A DNA stretch of 64,000 bases from NCBI GenBank assembly GCA_963742225.1, contig CAVULD010000006.1:266841-330840 (forward strand), read 5' to 3'. Made by a program: the position numbers and the translations under genes. The DNA is from an uncultured Chitinophagaceae bacterium (GTDB taxonomy: Bacteria > Bacteroidota > Bacteroidia > Chitinophagales > Chitinophagaceae). Below, one piece after another: positions 62,162-64,000 of this stretch (positions are counted from its first letter, which is position 1; the number at the start of each line of letters is the position of its first letter). The notes beneath the pieces are model-generated. The model saw only the letters and a program-made list of their open reading frames with translations. It ran no database searches and was not told the origin of the DNA.

Positions 62162-64000
62162 ATGAAACGCCATGTACCGCTTGTGTTGCTGGCTTGGTTG
62201 AGTATGATGTCCGCGATGGCCGGCAGGGTAAGCGGAACGGTTACTGACGATAAGGGAGCCATCTTGCCTTATGCGTCTGTATTTGTCAAAGGGACGTCCA
62301 AAGGAACCACGGCCAACAACCAGGGGCGCTATGTTCTGGAGTTGGACGAAGGTAGCTATATCCTGGTTTGCCAATACGTGGGCTATACCCGACAGGAAAA
62401 GAAGATTGTCGTCTCCAAAGAGACATTAACGGTGGATTTCTCCCTTCCGCTGCAGCGTACTACAATGAAGGAAATTGTAGTAAAACCGGGTGGTGAAGAC
62501 CCGGCGTATGAGATCATCCGCCATGCCATCAAGATGCGCAAGCAATACGAAAATCCGATCGATTCATTCACCTGTGAAGCCTATATCAAAACCTTGATTA
62601 AGACCAGGAAACTGCCAGGAAAAATTTTCGGCAAAACCCTTTCGGAAAGCGACCGCAAAGACATGGGAGTTGACTCGACGGGCAGGGGGATCATCTATCT
62701 TTCCGAATCGCTCACCAAGATCGCGTTCAAGAAACCCGATAAAGTCAAACTGGAGGTGTTGTCGGGTCGAGAAAGCGGTACCAGCGGATATGGATTCAAC
62801 TTTCCGACCTTCATCAACTTTTACAGCAACAACGTAAACATGTTCATTACCCAGATAAGTCCCAGGGGGTTCGTCTCTCCCATAGCGGACGGGGCATTGA
62901 ATTACTACCGGTATAAGTACCTGGGGTCGTTTTTTGAAGATGGTAAAGAGATCAATCAAATTCGTGTGACCCCGCGAAGAAAATATGAACCCCTGTTTAG
63001 CGGAACCATCAACATCACGGAAGGGGACTGGAGAATTCATAGCCTGGATCTGGTACTTACCAAGGAGTCGCAATTGGAGATCATCGATACTATGGCCATC
63101 AAGCAGATCCAGATACCGATTACCCCCGAGCTGTGGAGGACTAAGGACCAGGTGGTCTATTTTACGTTCAATCGCTTTGGTGTCGATGCTACAGGTACTT
63201 TCTTAAATGTATATAATAAGTACGATTTGAAGCCCGCCTTCCGACGCAAGTACTTCAATAACGTCATTGTGCAATACGATACAGCAGTCAACAAAAAAAC
63301 GGTGGCTTATTGGGATTCGATCCGTCCGGTTCAACTCGAGCCAGAAGAATTAAAAGACTATAAAGTCAAAGACAGCATTTTCCAGACTGATAGAGATTCC
63401 TCTTTTTCCACCCGGGTGATGGATTCCTTGCGCAAAAAACAGACCCGGATTACCCCTCTGAATATTTTCTTTGGTGGATTTACCCGCCAGAATTTTAACC
63501 CGGCGCATCCTTTTTCCTACACCTGGCAGCCTATTTTGAATGGTTTGGAATACAATACGGTGGAAGGGGTAGTGGTCAACCTGGAAGCCACCTTAAATAA
63601 GTCGTTCCCCAAATCGGAGGAGCGGCTGAGTTTTACTCCCCACCTCCGCTATGGGTTCAGCGATGCATTATTCAACGCCTACGGTACCCTGGTGCTGGCA
63701 AAGAGAGCCTTTCAGTGGGACGACAACGGGGGCTCGGCCAACCGGTCGGCCTGGACTCTGGCGGGGGGAACTCGGGTCAGCCAGTTCAACAAAGACGATC
63801 CCATTACGCCTCTGCTCAACAGTGCATATACGCTCTTGCTGCGAGACAATTACATGAAGACCTACGAAAACTATTTCGCAGAGTTAAAATACACCAACCG
63901 GTTTGACAATGGATTGCGCGTAACGGGGGACATCCTCTATGAAGACCGCTTCCCTTTAAATAACACCACCAATTTTTCCATCTTTGGAAGCCAACAGAAA
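62162..64000 (+). CDS. Carboxypeptidase-regulatory-like + DUF5686 outer-membrane protein (runs off right edge); not in ORF track
   Basis: MKRHVPLVLLAW...VSGTVTDDKGAILPYASVFVKGTSKGTTANNQG...YVGY; EDPAYEIIR, SPIAD.ALNYY, YNTVEG. The reading at 64000 (…FGSQQK) is in frame with the start. Confidence 0.85.
   Translation, partial: MKRHVPLVLLAWLSMMSAMAGRVSGTVTDDKGAILPYASVFVKGTSKGTTANNQGRYVLELDEGSYILVCQYVGYTRQEKKIVVSKETLTVDFSLPLQRTTMKEIVVKPGGEDPAYEIIRHAIKMRKQYENPIDSFTCEAYIKTLIKTRKLPGKIFGKTLSESDRKDMGVDSTGRGIIYLSESLTKIAFKKPDKVKLEVLSGRESGTSGYGFNFPTFINFYSNNVNMFITQISPRGFVSPIADGALNYYRYKYLGSFFEDGKEINQIRVTPRRKYEPLFSGTINITEGDWRIHSLDLVLTKESQLEIIDTMAIKQIQIPITPELWRTKDQVVYFTFNRFGVDATGTFLNVYNKYDLKPAFRRKYFNNVIVQYDTAVNKKTVAYWDSIRPVQLEPEELKDYKVKDSIFQTDRDSSFSTRVMDSLRKKQTRITPLNIFFGGFTRQNFNPAHPFSYTWQPILNGLEYNTVEGVVVNLEATLNKSFPKSEERLSFTPHLRYGFSDALFNAYGTLVLAKRAFQWDDNGGSANRSAWTLAGGTRVSQFNKDDPITPLLNSAYTLLLRDNYMKTYENYFAELKYTNRFDNGLRVTGDILYEDRFPLNNTTNFSIFGSQQK

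Overview
Gene-dense chromosomal window from a Bacteroidota bacterium, most likely Chitinophagaceae-like. This is inferred from repeated TAnnTTTG (-7) promoter boxes and lineage-typical genes (DUF2911, DUF3810, DUF4294, GSCFA, DUF5686, half-size glycogen synthase, Cys-type CcmE). It holds about 58 CDSs, mostly housekeeping or metabolic (ribBA, tamB, ggt, xerD, manA, rnhA, dcd, ccmE/ccmF, panD/panC, metK, rlmB, HMG-CoA lyase, miaE). I see no rRNA, tRNA, CRISPR array, IS, prophage or recognisable defence system. Four CDSs are absent from the supplied ORF track: a partial GMC oxidoreductase at the left edge, two small membrane proteins (53 and 45 aa) and a partial DUF5686 outer-membrane protein at the right edge. 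The best candidates for uncharacterised systems are: (1) an esterase / ATP-grasp ligase / GCS2-type carboxylate-amine ligase cluster; (2) a secreted PIG-L deacetylase + two microproteins + sodium:solute symporter operon beside ggt and a DinB-fold protein; (3) a GH109 + NahK-like kinase pair; (4) a metK leader with mutually exclusive hairpins; (5) an orphan radical SAM enzyme and a likely glycogen-synthase pseudoenzyme. All family assignments come from motif recognition, not database searches.
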